From: a virus
Lineage: Duplodnaviria; Caudoviricetes
Length of the DNA: 64,000 nucleotides
Direction: 5' to 3' (one strand)
Virus record (IMG/VR): IMGVR_UViG_3300021295_000001
Both the position numbers and the translations under genes were made by a program. Position 1 is the first letter of the stretch. The number at the start of each line of letters is the position of its first letter. The notes under the pieces are model-generated. The model ran no database searches. It was not told the origin of the DNA and saw only the letters and a list, made by a program, of their open reading frames with translations. Below are positions 35,891 to 47,221 of the stretch, one piece after another.

Positions 35891-37891
35891 ATGGCGGGAG
35901 AAAAATACGATTACACGATACCGAAGAACCAGATAATCGACATCAACTACGACCAGCGCACGTTGAACGAGTTTTTCAAAATGCTCCACGACGGCTACAA
36001 AAAACTAACAGAAGAGCGCAAGAAGAACGAAAAACTAATCGCCGAGGAAAACAAAAAACGAGCCAAAGAGGAAGCGAAACTCAGGCTCGCCGAGCAAAAC
36101 AAGAACTTCAAAGCAGTCCGCGAACAGGAAAGGAAACTCGCGCAAGAGAGGTACAAGGAGAACAAGGAGTACCTAAAGGAGTACGAGAAACTGACCAGGT
36201 CAGGCAAAGAACTGACGCCTGAGCAAAAAGAAGACCTTAAGACTAGGAAAGAGGAAATCCAACTCGCGAAAAGTGGAAAACTCAGTAAAGTTGCATCCGT
36301 CTCGAAATCGTTGTTAAATACCGTTGTTTCCGCATTGGGCAAACTGTCGTCTGGCATAGACAGCGCCATGAAAACATACGTCGGTTACCAAACTGGCATA
36401 AACGCCAGGTTGCAAGGTAGCATTCCTGGCGTGAACAACTATTTCAGGATGCTCGAGACGAACATACAAAGCAGGGTCGGCATCACGAGTTTGTTCAAAA
36501 CCGAGACCATGATGAACAATCTGCAGAAATTGGTTCAGGCGGGCGTCGCCACGGATTTGGAACAACGCGCGTTCCTCAACACACTCAAAGACGACATCGC
36601 GACGACGTTCAATGCAGCCAACGGAACCCTTTTGCGCTTGATTAGGTTACAGAGCCAAGACTCAACGGCGATGCGTTTGGGCATGGAGGCCTATTTGACC
36701 AAATTCCTCAACGAAACCGTAAAGAACACCGAGTACCTTTCCAAGACGTTCGACGACGTCGAATCGGCCTTGGTCGAGGCGCAGGCCGTCCTCAACAGCG
36801 CTGGGGCGTCGGCAGAAATGGAATACGTCGTGCAGAAATGGTTGGGCGTCCTGACTGGCAGGGGCCTTTCCGAACAGGCTGCCTCCAACATAGCGACCGC
36901 ATTGGGGCAATTGGGTAGCGCCGACATAAACGCCCTCTCTGGCTCCGACATGAATTACCTTTTGCAAATGGCCGTTTCACGCGCTGGCAAATCGTATACC
37001 GACATCATGCAACAAGGATTGACCGCAGGTACGGCGAACGACGTCATGCGCGCTATGGTGGAATACATGTCCGAGGTAGGTGGCATGTCCAACGTACAGC
37101 GTTCCGCCTTGGCCAACGTCATGGGCGTGAGCGTATCCGACCTCATTTCGGCGTCCAACATATCAGCGAGCGAACTGTCCAAAGTAACGTCGGACATGCT
37201 TTCGTATTCCGCGATGTTCTCCGAACTAGAGACGCAGATGGGGACCTTATACGAAAGGATTCCCGAAACGGCCAGGTTAAGTACATACTTCGAGAACCTG
37301 CAGTTCAAGATGGGCTCCCAGATGGCAAGCGACCCAGTGATGGCTGCCACTTGGTATCTGGCAAACATGGTTGAGCACGCGACTGGTGGCATAAACATCC
37401 CAGTCGTCGGAGGAACCGTCACTGGCGCGATAAAGGCTGGCATAATCGGTGCCGACGCCTTTAACCTCGTGGGACCCATACTGGCTGGAATCGGGAACAT
37501 GCAGGACCCGACCGCGATACTGTCCCAATTGGGCATTTCCGCACCAGTGGCAGAATCACGTGGCACGGGTTTGAGGAGCAGGGCACGCGGTTACAGCACG
37601 TCGGAAACATCCTATATAGGCTCTTCTGATTCGGATGTTCTTTACCAAGAAACGATGGCCAGGGTGCACAAAGAAGCGACGCAGATTCAGGCCATGGTGG
37701 ACGAGGAGGACCCGTCGAAAGCCATAAACTCATATCTGTCCGAAACGTTGGAAGGGCACATGATAGGCATAGAGGAAAAACTCGCGACGGTTATAGAGAG
37801 GATGGACGAAGGCACGTTCAGGGTAAGGGACGACGCCTTGAACTCGTCCGTCAGCAGATTGGCCGAAACGGTGAACGACATCGGGTTCTGA
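35891..37891 (+). CDS. tape measure-like protein
   Basis: GGAGG SD; helical A/S/G/L-rich; position after chaperone. Confidence 0.7.
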   Translation: MAGEKYDYTIPKNQIIDINYDQRTLNEFFKMLHDGYKKLTEERKKNEKLIAEENKKRAKEEAKLRLAEQNKNFKAVREQERKLAQERYKENKEYLKEYEKLTRSGKELTPEQKEDLKTRKEEIQLAKSGKLSKVASVSKSLLNTVVSALGKLSSGIDSAMKTYVGYQTGINARLQGSIPGVNNYFRMLETNIQSRVGITSLFKTETMMNNLQKLVQAGVATDLEQRAFLNTLKDDIATTFNAANGTLLRLIRLQSQDSTAMRLGMEAYLTKFLNETVKNTEYLSKTFDDVESALVEAQAVLNSAGASAEMEYVVQKWLGVLTGRGLSEQAASNIATALGQLGSADINALSGSDMNYLLQMAVSRAGKSYTDIMQQGLTAGTANDVMRAMVEYMSEVGGMSNVQRSALANVMGVSVSDLISASNISASELSKVTSDMLSYSAMFSELETQMGTLYERIPETARLSTYFENLQFKMGSQMASDPVMAATWYLANMVEHATGGINIPVVGGTVTGAIKAGIIGADAFNLVGPILAGIGNMQDPTAILSQLGISAPVAESRGTGLRSRARGYSTSETSYIGSSDSDVLYQETMARVHKEATQIQAMVDEEDPSKAINSYLSETLEGHMIGIEEKLATVIERMDEGTFRVRDDALNSSVSRLAETVNDIGF

Positions 37892-37901
37892 CGGAGGTAA
37901 G

Positions 37902-39158
37902 ATGATGATTCGTCTAAACGACGACGGGGTTGCCGTCGGATACATCAAAAGCATATTGCACGGATTCGAATTGCCTTCGTGCAAAGTCATAAAAGACGGG
38001 GATTCCCCGTCTTTGGGTATTGGCGAGCCGTTCATAAAGGGTGGTTTCATATATGTCAACGAGGAAGGCGGACCCAGGCGCGTCCGCCCCTATAAATGGG
38101 GTGACCGCGTGCACGGCATAACCAAGAACATGCGCCTCGACGGAATGACATACGACTACCACACGCATGAATATCTTGGCGAATACCTCAGGTTTTTGCG
38201 CGATTATCGCGGAATCGACCTGATGGGAATGTACAATTGCTTTGATTATTTCAGCCCGTCTGGGGTGGAATTCGAGGCAGATGGCACGAAATTCTCATCC
38301 TACGATGACACGCACGTCCTTTACTGCTTCCCCGCAAAATTCGGGGAGAAATACAACATATTCGTCGATTGGCTCGGTGAGATAGATTACTGTTTCGCCT
38401 ATTATTCGAGCGGAAGCGTCGTCACGCCGTTGTCTGGGACCAAAGGTGTATTGCACGGCTCTACTTTCGAAAGCCCCTCGTATGTGTTCGCCCCAGCGTG
38501 GGAGCCGACGACAACGACGAACCCAGACACCGAGGAGGAGGAAACAACCCCAGCGCACCCGCAATACGATTGGACCAAAGCCAACGAATTGAAGATGTTC
38601 GTCTCGATACCAAAGGCCCACAAATCGAGCGTGGTGGTGCTTGAGGGCGTGTACCACGCGCTCAAGGCAATCGTCAGGGATTATGCCGAGGTTTTAGGCG
38701 ATGCCTTGTTCGAATACATACCGCTTATCGAAGCAAGAAGGTCGGGCAAGGACCACCGCATCCAATATATTTGGGGCGACCTGACTGGCAACTACGATTA
38801 CAATTGCAAACACCAATTGACGATTGCGGATTACGACGACAAGAACCTATTGGCCGACAGGCTGTTGGAGTATCTGTCCAACCAAGCCATAACTGGCGCG
38901 GACCCCGTGGTGCATAACGTCAAGAGATTGCAGAAGACGCTGAAGGAAACGGATGGCGCTGGTTACGAAGGGCCAGTGGATGGCATTTGGAACGACGACA
39001 TGCGAAAAGCGATGTACAGGTACGTGTGCAATGGCAGTGCGGACGGGGAATCGCTCCTGATAGACGAAAAATACGACGTTATTTCGTTCTGCGACAAGGA
39101 CATGGAGAGGAAACTCGGATACCTCAAGCGCATCGACGAATACGAAGGGGGTAACTGA
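37902..39158 (+). CDS. tail/baseplate protein with possible C-terminal peptidoglycan-binding motif
   Basis: VKRLQKTL...GPVDGIW. Confidence 0.55.
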   Translation: MMIRLNDDGVAVGYIKSILHGFELPSCKVIKDGDSPSLGIGEPFIKGGFIYVNEEGGPRRVRPYKWGDRVHGITKNMRLDGMTYDYHTHEYLGEYLRFLRDYRGIDLMGMYNCFDYFSPSGVEFEADGTKFSSYDDTHVLYCFPAKFGEKYNIFVDWLGEIDYCFAYYSSGSVVTPLSGTKGVLHGSTFESPSYVFAPAWEPTTTTNPDTEEEETTPAHPQYDWTKANELKMFVSIPKAHKSSVVVLEGVYHALKAIVRDYAEVLGDALFEYIPLIEARRSGKDHRIQYIWGDLTGNYDYNCKHQLTIADYDDKNLLADRLLEYLSNQAITGADPVVHNVKRLQKTLKETDGAGYEGPVDGIWNDDMRKAMYRYVCNGSADGESLLIDEKYDVISFCDKDMERKLGYLKRIDEYEGGN

Positions 39159-39160
39159 CC

Positions 39161-39730
39161 ATGTCAAAGGAAGTGGACATAAACAGGCAGAATTACATAT
39201 ACCTTTTCCACACGGACGAGTTTCTGTATTTGCCAGAATACCCAGACGAGATTTCCGACAAGATGACGTCGACCTTCGCGCAGACCAACGCGTTGGCGAG
39301 GACGGCGCCTGTGTTCACCTATTCGAATTCGGGGCCCAGAACCGTGAACATCAGGGTCCATCTGCACAGGGACCTAATAGAATTCTCCAATTCTGGCTCC
39401 CGCATGAAAACGGAGGACGGCGAGGATTTGGTCGACGCGCTGATAAAGAAGATACAGGCGATAGCGTTGCCTACGTACAACGCGGAGATGAAGAAGATGA
39501 CCCCTCCGTCCATAGCCGTTAGAATCGGCAACGAACTGTTCGTCAGGGGCGTCGTGCAAGGCGGTGTGTCAATCACGTACGAGAAGCCAATAATCAAAGG
39601 GAACAAATACGCGCAGGCCACGATAGCGTTCGACGTTTACGAGACGGACCCATACGACGCGGTCAGCGTTTCGAAGGCGGGGTCGTTCAGGGGCCTTACG
39701 AGCACGTTCAAGGACGGCAGGTTCGTTTGA
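39161..39730 (+). CDS. baseplate tube-initiator-like protein
   Basis: ARTAPVFTYSNSGPRTV...ALPTY...PP.I.VRIG. Confidence 0.65.
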   Translation: MSKEVDINRQNYIYLFHTDEFLYLPEYPDEISDKMTSTFAQTNALARTAPVFTYSNSGPRTVNIRVHLHRDLIEFSNSGSRMKTEDGEDLVDALIKKIQAIALPTYNAEMKKMTPPSIAVRIGNELFVRGVVQGGVSITYEKPIIKGNKYAQATIAFDVYETDPYDAVSVSKAGSFRGLTSTFKDGRFV

Positions 39731-39743
39731 TGGAGGAACATGA

Positions 39744-40067
39744 ATGGACGATTTGAAGGATAGGTCATACAGAAACTACGATTACGTTTCCAGATACGCC
39801 CCGTTCCCCTATTATTACAACAAAAGGGACGGAAAGTACGTCTACGGGATGACGTCTCAACTCAAAGTCGAAGGCGTTCCTTTCGTGGCGCACAAAGTGA
39901 TGCAGGAAGACACATTGGATTCGATTTCCCTTAAGTACTACGGTCGCCCAGACCTTTATTGGATTATAGCGGATTTCAACAGAATCCAGGACCCTTTGGC
40001 GCCTCTTTTCGGGAATCACGAAGTAATAAACGTGCCGAATTTGGGAAACGTTGAGTTCGAGGGGTGA
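39744..40067 (+). CDS. LysM-like baseplate wedge protein (gp53-like)
   Basis: DTLDSISLKYYGRPDLYWIIADFN. Confidence 0.85.
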   Translation: MDDLKDRSYRNYDYVSRYAPFPYYYNKRDGKYVYGMTSQLKVEGVPFVAHKVMQEDTLDSISLKYYGRPDLYWIIADFNRIQDPLAPLFGNHEVINVPNLGNVEFEG

Positions 40068-40071
40068 CGGA

Positions 40072-41367
40072 ATGGATAAGCAAAACAACCTCAACCTGCT
40101 ATCCGTAACGTCAAGGGTCGAGGCGCCGTTCATAAAGGTCACGATAGGGAACTACGTTTTCGGCGTGTTCCAAAAGGTCGGGAACGTAATCAGGGACAAC
40201 AAGGTACTGTCCGAGGTGACTTACCCGAACTACATAAAGGGCCTCGATATAGAGAAGATAAACGGCGTGGTCAACAAATACACGTTGCACATAGACTACG
40301 CCATCACGGAGAACGACGACCCGAACTTCTTCGAGAAGGTTTTCTCGAGCATCGCGAAGTCAAGGAAGATAGTGTTCGAATACGGGGATATGAGCACCCC
40401 ATCTTTCTGCTATAAGAAGGAGGAGGCTTTGTTCCTCCGAGCCGACAGTTCGGTCAACGCGTCGTCGGCCGTCACATCGTACAAGGTTTACGCCGTAAGC
40501 AACGCGAACGCGGTTTCGGTCGGCAAATACAACTTCCCAGCCAGAAAGGCGAAGCCGAGCACCGTCATACGCGATTTGCTTTACAGGCCAGACAGGAACT
40601 ACGGGTTGTTGGAGGTGTTCCCTGGCATGTCCAACGAGACGCTCGTGTACGTCAGGAACCTCATATTCTCCAACGACATGTCGGTAAACCTTGAAATGAA
40701 GACCAACATTTCCGTGTTGGATTACATAACTTATTTGGTCAATCAGATGGTGCCGACCCCATCGAGCGGGTTGCTCAACGACTCGAAGTTCGCGCTCGTC
40801 GTCGTGGACGACACGTCTGGCGAGTTCGGCGGAACGTATTTCAAGGTCCAAAACGCGAATTTGGTCGACGAGGACAACTACGCCTACTCGGTCGACATCG
40901 GCTATCCCTCAAAGAACACCGTAGTGGACTTCAAGGTATCCGAGGACGACACATACGCGATATACTACGAATTCTCGGAGAAACTGAACGATTCTAAGTA
41001 CGTGGCCAGGATAAACGATGACGGCACCATGGACGAGGTTTTGGGCCCAGTCATAGGCACCAGTTCCGCCCACAGGGTAACGCTTGGCACGGAGAAGACC
41101 TGGTGGACCAACATGACCAAGTTCCCCGTGAAGGCTACTTTGAGGATTAGGGGCTTGCTCAGGCCAGCGTTGCTGATGGCGAACGTCAGGATTAACGTGT
41201 ATTTCTGGGGTAAGAAACACGTGTGGAGCGGTCTGTACGTCGTGACTGGCGAAAGGGATTCCGTGAACGAAAGCGGTTTCACCACGGACCTCAGCCTGCT
41301 CAGGGTCGACGGGACAAACTACATGACTGGCTATGACGATTCGGTCGGATTGGGGGCTAGGAAATGA
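40072..41367 (+). CDS. baseplate hub protein (gp27/GpD-like)
   Basis: C-terminal ATLRIRG...SGLYVVT..D.V...GFTT.L.L.R. Confidence 0.7.
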   Translation: MDKQNNLNLLSVTSRVEAPFIKVTIGNYVFGVFQKVGNVIRDNKVLSEVTYPNYIKGLDIEKINGVVNKYTLHIDYAITENDDPNFFEKVFSSIAKSRKIVFEYGDMSTPSFCYKKEEALFLRADSSVNASSAVTSYKVYAVSNANAVSVGKYNFPARKAKPSTVIRDLLYRPDRNYGLLEVFPGMSNETLVYVRNLIFSNDMSVNLEMKTNISVLDYITYLVNQMVPTPSSGLLNDSKFALVVVDDTSGEFGGTYFKVQNANLVDEDNYAYSVDIGYPSKNTVVDFKVSEDDTYAIYYEFSEKLNDSKYVARINDDGTMDEVLGPVIGTSSAHRVTLGTEKTWWTNMTKFPVKATLRIRGLLRPALLMANVRINVYFWGKKHVWSGLYVVTGERDSVNESGFTTDLSLLRVDGTNYMTGYDDSVGLGARK

Positions 41368-42059
41368 TTACGAAAGCCATAATCGAGGGGATGGGAGTAG
41401 GGACCAACAGGTTCTATGTGAGAATCCCCTATTTCGAATCCGCTGGCGAGGTTGAGCACGCCGTTTACGAAGCCACGTATTGCTATACGCCAGGAACGGT
41501 CGACACATTGAACGTGGGCGACGTCGTATTCGTCGGATTCGAGGACCACTTCTCGGCGAAGCCAGTGATACTCGGCAAACTTTTCACGTTCGGCGATTAC
41601 AAAGGAAACTCAGGCGCGACCTCGGTCTCGTCAATCGACGTGTCCACTAAAGCCACGCTACCGAAAGACACCACGATTGGGGGCATAACGGCCGACGGAA
41701 TCGACGCCCTTTTCAGACGGGTCGGGCTCTTGGAGACGGAGCCGAAAATTAAAAAGGCCACGTTCGTCATGGATTCGGAGTCGGAAAGAACGCTATCCGC
41801 GCAACTCACAGAGTTCATAAAAAATTTGGTGGGGAGCGAAGTGGATAGGATAGTCGGGATAACGGCCTGTTTATTCAGCGCCAGGAATTCACGAACATGT
41901 TATTCGATATCCTTCAAATACCATTACGTGCCAGCGCCTCACCTAAGTTACGACGGCGAGTATTTCTATTGCGAGAACGACGACGGCGCAGGTGCATGGT
42001 GTTCCGTAGAGGGGTCGCCTCTGGAGGGATACACGTTCGTCGTGTCGTATATAGGATAA
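41364..42059 (+). CDS. baseplate spike protein (OB-fold N-terminus)
   Basis: VRIP...VGDVVFVGFED...PVILG. Confidence 0.75.
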   Translation: MITKAIIEGMGVGTNRFYVRIPYFESAGEVEHAVYEATYCYTPGTVDTLNVGDVVFVGFEDHFSAKPVILGKLFTFGDYKGNSGATSVSSIDVSTKATLPKDTTIGGITADGIDALFRRVGLLETEPKIKKATFVMDSESERTLSAQLTEFIKNLVGSEVDRIVGITACLFSARNSRTCYSISFKYHYVPAPHLSYDGEYFYCENDDGAGAWCSVEGSPLEGYTFVVSYIG

Positions 42060-42149
42060 CGAGAAACGGGTCCGATTATTCGCTATAAATTTATAAAAGT
42101 CAAACATGGCGCGTTTTGCTAAATTCATTGATTGCAAAGGAGGAGCATC

Positions 42150-42521
42150 TTGAACTCCATAAAGTATCCAGACATGTTCAATTCGTCCTCCACCAACGTG
42201 GCCCAAGGATTGGAGGCATCCAAGCAGGACCTCGTTTTGTTGCTGTCTTCCGAGAAGGGCGAATTGTTGGGCGACCCTTATTTCGGGGTCAAGGTCAAGA
42301 GATACTACTACGACCAAAACGATATAATAACAAGAGACCTCATAGCGGATGAGATTTGGAGCCAACTGAGGGTGTTCGCACCGCAGTTGACCGTCCTGAG
42401 GGGCGACGTTAAGGTTTGGGGCGAAGGCAAGACGCTGTACGCCTCGGTAAAAGCGATAAACAACGTGGATTACACCACGAACATGTATCAGGTTAAACTG
42501 CTGGAAGGCGACGAAAGGTGA
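42150..42521 (+). CDS. baseplate wedge protein (gp25-like)
   Basis: LLSSEKGELLGDPYFG; AGGAG SD with TTG start. Confidence 0.85.
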   Translation: MNSIKYPDMFNSSSTNVAQGLEASKQDLVLLLSSEKGELLGDPYFGVKVKRYYYDQNDIITRDLIADEIWSQLRVFAPQLTVLRGDVKVWGEGKTLYASVKAINNVDYTTNMYQVKLLEGDER

Positions 42522-42525
42522 CTCG

Positions 42526-45500
42526 ATGATTAACGACAACGACATCAGAATAAGCAACAAGTCCTACGTCAACAAGGATTTCGCTTCTATATACCCAGAA
42601 CTTTTGGATTTGGTCAAGGACCTTACGTCCAAATGGGACCCAGAAACGTCCAATGAGAGCGACCCAGGCATCGTGCTCCTGAAGTTGATGGCGTTTTTGG
42701 GCGACAAGGTAAACTACAACATCGACAAGAACACGTTGGAATGCTTCATGCCATCGGCCACGCAGGAATCCTCGATGAGGAACCTATGCGATACGCTGGG
42801 CTACGAAATGGGGTATTACAACGCGTCCCAAGCGTCGCTGACCTTCACGTACACTGGCGATGAGCCCGAGTTCAGGTTGCCACCGCTTTCCACGGTCGTT
42901 TCGACGGACGACGATTCGGTGTCATACGTTTTGATTGAAGGCCAGACATTGCAGAAGGGCCAACCAGTTTCGGATTGCGACGCCTTGCAGGGCGAATTGG
43001 CGCAATTGCGCATATTGGACAGCACCAACACCGTCGTCACGATGGACAACATAGACGACAGAAACAGGCTGTATTTCTCGGAACGCATGGTCGCCCAAAA
43101 CGGCGTGTTCGTCACCAACAGGGACGGGGATGGCAGTTTTTGGAAGCGCGTAAGCAACCTAAACGTCGTCGCCCCGAACAGCAGGGTATTCAAATTCGGT
43201 TACGATTCCGAGAGAAGGTTGCCTTACATTGAGTTCCCCCAGGATTTGGCCAACGTGATAGGCTCTGGCCTCGAGGTTTCGTACATAAGGACGGACGGTG
43301 AGAACGGCGGAGTCAACGCCAGGTCGCTGACGAAGGTAAGTTCGGCACCCTCTGGTTTCGCGGGCTCCGTGATAAACTATCAGGCGTCTTATGGAGGCGC
43401 CGACCCCGAGACGGTCGATGACGCGTACAACGGTTTCAAGCGCACGGTCGGCACATTCAACACCCTCGTTTCATGCAGGGACTATTCCAATTACATAAAG
43501 GGGATGCTCGACGGCAACGGGAACCACAAGGTATCCAACGCCCAAGTGTCCGACAGACGGGACGACATCAATTACGGAACGCGCGTGTTGACGTTCACGG
43601 AAAACGGGATGGCGTCGGTAAACGTGGACTCGAACAGTATCACCGCCTTCGATTTGTGCCTCTACCCGCTGAACCCTTACAAAACGACTGGGTTGAAGGA
43701 ATTCTCCAACTCATTCAAATCCTTGACATTCGGTAGCATACCGACCACCATAACCGAGGACCTCGAATTCGATGACGCCAAGACCATTTCCCACGACTAC
43801 AAGGTTTTGGACAAGGACAACGACATTTACCTGATAAAGAACTACGCTTCACTGAACGCTAAGATAGCGACGATAAAAAAGGTGAACGCCACTGAGCAGG
43901 CGGAGGTATTGAACAACGTGCTCAAGGCATTGGCCAACGTGTTCAACGCGAGCAAACTCGATTACGGAAGCGAGATACCGTTCGAAAAATTGGTCAGCGT
44001 CATGGAGAACGCCGACCCGAGAATAAGTTACGTGACGTTGGACGAGCCGAAACTCACGACGAAGTTCATGAACGGCAACAATGTCGAAACGCCACTCATA
44101 GACCCCCTGAACGCTTCCGCCGACAAGCCAGAATCTTATCTTCGTTGCCTGGCGAGCAATATCCTCGCTGGCAGGGTGGAACCTTTCGAATACGAAAACG
44201 AATTCAGAACCGAATTGGGCCAGCAAAACGGTTCGATAATCAAAAAAGCCTGCAAAATAACCACGCTTTCCAATATAACCATCCCTTCTGGCGAATCAAA
44301 CAAGGTAGAATTGGCCGATAACGAAGTCGTCATTTTCGCCACGCCCGATTTAGTCGATGAGATTTCATACACATACGGCGTCATGTTCGAATTGACGTTG
44401 AACGAGGTTAACGGCGTGGCACGCGAATACTCCGCCAACGAGGTATTGGAGTTGCAGAATGGCGAGTCCTTGGTGATAAATTACAAAAACGCCGACGGCA
44501 ACGAATACACAAGGACGTATTCGGGCGGAACGATAATAAGGCCGTCATTCAATTCCTCTGACGTGGACAGAATGATACAGCGCGGGGATTATCACGTCCT
44601 CGGCTCGAAGGACAGCATCTCGATACTGACTCCGAACTCATACACATTAGAGAAGACGACGCATTGCTATTGGATAAGGAACAACGAAACTAACAACCTA
44701 TTCCCCGAAGGCGCCGTCGACGGGCAGTTCGAGACAATGCTTTCCGAAGGCGAGTACTTCTTCTACGCGAACGACGATTTCACGAGCCTAATCACCCTCG
44801 GTAGCGGAACCGTCATCAAAACGACGCTCAACAACGACTGGTCGCTTGGCGCGAACTCAAAGACGAGCGTATCGAACATAGTGGAGCACGGCCTATCCGA
44901 TTTGAGGTCCTCTTTCGTTGACGTAAGGTTCTCGAGCGAAGACCCAATGGGCATATCCGAGATGTCCGTGCTGACTCTGACCAGCGGAGATTCCGTGTGG
45001 GTCGAAGAAGGAAGCGCGTTGTCTTTGGTCCAAGATGGGAAAAACAAACTCAAGCAATTGCCAGACGATTGCAAAATAGGTTTCAAGTTCGAGGGGGAAT
45101 CCTATCCCTCTGGAACGATAAGTGGTGCACCCATCGCGGGGTTGCACTCCTTCGCATTGGCTAGGCTCGACCTGTCATGCGGACCCAGCACCGCGCAGAA
45201 ATTGTCCAGCGGGCAATCGGTTACCATAACCTACATAGACCCCGAGAACGGGAACGGCACCTCCGACGCGACGCTGTCTGGCGGAACTTCCTTCATGTGC
45301 AACACGGAACTCCAGCACGCGGGTGGCTCCGTAAACCTCATTGCCACGAACCTGGCCACGGACGAACCTTATTACCCGATATCGTTCTATTCCTATGTCG
45401 TGTCGGATGGAAGGGACTTTTCGAAAGAGAGGAACCTGCGTGGCCTCGGGGAGAGAACATACAAAGAGGACAGCGTCACCGACGACACGTATGCCCTACC

Positions 45501-46008
45501 CAATTTGGACTTGGACGCAAGCAGCAAAGAACCAGCGTTGCTCATGATATTCTGGGCCCCGAAGGTAGCGGACACAGAGTTGCCGATTCATGTCACTGGA
45601 ACCGATGCCAAGGTTGGCAAACTCGAGGATTTCGCGGACGCCAACGATGGCTACGACTGCGACCCTGGAATGACCGTCCTCAATTTGGAGAACGCAGAAA
45701 GCATCTCGTTCACCCCCAAGGCGGGCAAGATTACGCTTGGATACCTCCGTTATTACTCTGGAGTCAACAGCCGACTCGGCATATCGCAAGCGCAATTCAA
45801 CGATTCACTTTTCGGAATGATAAAGGGGATTTCCAACGGAACGTTCCAATGGTCATTCGACGTGGCCAACGACGACGCCATAGAGGTAAGCGACCTTTCC
45901 GACCCGTTGGCGTTCTTCGACCCCAATAACATGGCCAGCAAGTTCACACTCGAGGAAATAGACTTCTCCGAGTCCGACATCAGCATATTGAGGAGTTCCA
46001 AGGCATGA
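42526..46008 (+). CDS. baseplate wedge protein (gp6/J-like)
   Basis: YVNKDF..I, ESDPGIVLL, YIRTDGENG, GGADPET, LVSCRDY. Confidence 0.85.
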   Translation: MINDNDIRISNKSYVNKDFASIYPELLDLVKDLTSKWDPETSNESDPGIVLLKLMAFLGDKVNYNIDKNTLECFMPSATQESSMRNLCDTLGYEMGYYNASQASLTFTYTGDEPEFRLPPLSTVVSTDDDSVSYVLIEGQTLQKGQPVSDCDALQGELAQLRILDSTNTVVTMDNIDDRNRLYFSERMVAQNGVFVTNRDGDGSFWKRVSNLNVVAPNSRVFKFGYDSERRLPYIEFPQDLANVIGSGLEVSYIRTDGENGGVNARSLTKVSSAPSGFAGSVINYQASYGGADPETVDDAYNGFKRTVGTFNTLVSCRDYSNYIKGMLDGNGNHKVSNAQVSDRRDDINYGTRVLTFTENGMASVNVDSNSITAFDLCLYPLNPYKTTGLKEFSNSFKSLTFGSIPTTITEDLEFDDAKTISHDYKVLDKDNDIYLIKNYASLNAKIATIKKVNATEQAEVLNNVLKALANVFNASKLDYGSEIPFEKLVSVMENADPRISYVTLDEPKLTTKFMNGNNVETPLIDPLNASADKPESYLRCLASNILAGRVEPFEYENEFRTELGQQNGSIIKKACKITTLSNITIPSGESNKVELADNEVVIFATPDLVDEISYTYGVMFELTLNEVNGVAREYSANEVLELQNGESLVINYKNADGNEYTRTYSGGTIIRPSFNSSDVDRMIQRGDYHVLGSKDSISILTPNSYTLEKTTHCYWIRNNETNNLFPEGAVDGQFETMLSEGEYFFYANDDFTSLITLGSGTVIKTTLNNDWSLGANSKTSVSNIVEHGLSDLRSSFVDVRFSSEDPMGISEMSVLTLTSGDSVWVEEGSALSLVQDGKNKLKQLPDDCKIGFKFEGESYPSGTISGAPIAGLHSFALARLDLSCGPSTAQKLSSGQSVTITYIDPENGNGTSDATLSGGTSFMCNTELQHAGGSVNLIATNLATDEPYYPISFYSYVVSDGRDFSKERNLRGLGERTYKEDSVTDDTYALPNLDLDASSKEPALLMIFWAPKVADTELPIHVTGTDAKVGKLEDFADANDGYDCDPGMTVLNLENAESISFTPKAGKITLGYLRYYSGVNSRLGISQAQFNDSLFGMIKGISNGTFQWSFDVANDDAIEVSDLSDPLAFFDPNNMASKFTLEEIDFSESDISILRSSKA

Positions 46009-46685
46009 TTGACATCTATCAATCAACACCGAAAGCGTATTACAACGGCTCCAGGGACTTCCAGGCGCTCGCCAGGGTTTTGGAGATGCTTTCCAATTTC
46101 GGGAAGGTCGGCGCGGAATTGATTTCGAACACCGTGTTCGGCGGGATTGACCCGACGATGCTGACCTTGCTCTCCAGAACGTTGGGATTCGAATCGAATC
46201 ACCATTACAACGAATCCGAGTTCAAAGCGCTATGCTCGTCTTTCGTCGACATAATGAGGTGGAAGGGGTCGCGCAAGGCTTTGGAGAAATCCGTGGAGAT
46301 GTTCATGATGGCCAACCAATTGCCTGGCGAATACGACATATACCCGATATCGACCCCCTCGGGCTTAGACAGAACCACATGGGAAGTCAGGTTGCCCGCC
46401 GAGGCGCGCAACGTAACGTTGCTGAACGACGTGCTGAGTTACGTGTTGCCCGCTGGGGTTTCCTACCGTTTCGTGTTTTATGAGAAGACGACCAAGCCAG
46501 AGAGCGTGTTGGTATCCGTGGGGCAAAGGAACGGCAACGAGGATGGGCCGACTGCAAATTTCGGCCAAGTCGCCAAAAAGGGAGTCAACGACGAAAGGCC
46601 GACGCTGGAGCAACCGATTCCAAAGGAATACGGCATAACGTTCCTCGGCTCGGTCGCTGGCAAGGATTCAAGTTCGGAGGAGTGA
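46005..46685 (+). CDS. baseplate protein (gp7/tail I-like)
   Basis: LSRTLGF...IMRWKGS...VLPAG. Confidence 0.7.
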   Translation: MIDIYQSTPKAYYNGSRDFQALARVLEMLSNFGKVGAELISNTVFGGIDPTMLTLLSRTLGFESNHHYNESEFKALCSSFVDIMRWKGSRKALEKSVEMFMMANQLPGEYDIYPISTPSGLDRTTWEVRLPAEARNVTLLNDVLSYVLPAGVSYRFVFYEKTTKPESVLVSVGQRNGNEDGPTANFGQVAKKGVNDERPTLEQPIPKEYGITFLGSVAGKDSSSEE

Positions 46686-46686
46686 C

Positions 46687-47199
46687 ATGGGAAAAAGAAA
46701 ATCGAAACCGAAGAGCGAGACCATATCGTATAATGGTTTCGTGACTTGTTCGGTCACAAAAGGAAACAAGGCCTCAAGAAGGTCGTATGGGAAAAACAAC
46801 GGAACGTCCGACCTTTTCCAATTCATAACAGAATGCTTCAGCCGAACATACGACGCGTACGATTCCCCTTGGTACATCAGGGCATTCGACAGCGAGGGGT
46901 CCGTCGACGTGGAGCATGAGGTGACAACGGCCTCGTTCCCAGTCAGGGGAACCCCAGTCGTCGGCTCATTGCTCGATGGCGTCGGGAAATACGTCGAACT
47001 GACGTTCCTCATACCTGGGACCTCCGTGGTGGACGGCTCCTCCCTCAAAACGGTGGCGTTGTACAGCACCAAAAACAAAGACAACAAGTCATCATACATG
47101 GCGTTCGCTGGCCTGAATCCCGTCATAGACTCATTGGAGTCTGGCGAGAACGTGCTGGTGGTATGGAGATTGGAATTCAACAACGCCCAGAACGGGTAA
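46687..47199 (+). CDS. hypothetical tail protein
   Basis: GGAG SD; between baseplate and fibre genes. Confidence 0.65.
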   Translation: MGKRKSKPKSETISYNGFVTCSVTKGNKASRRSYGKNNGTSDLFQFITECFSRTYDAYDSPWYIRAFDSEGSVDVEHEVTTASFPVRGTPVVGSLLDGVGKYVELTFLIPGTSVVDGSSLKTVALYSTKNKDNKSSYMAFAGLNPVIDSLESGENVLVVWRLEFNNAQNG

Positions 47200-47221
47200 T
47201 TCGCAATAGGAGGATTGGACA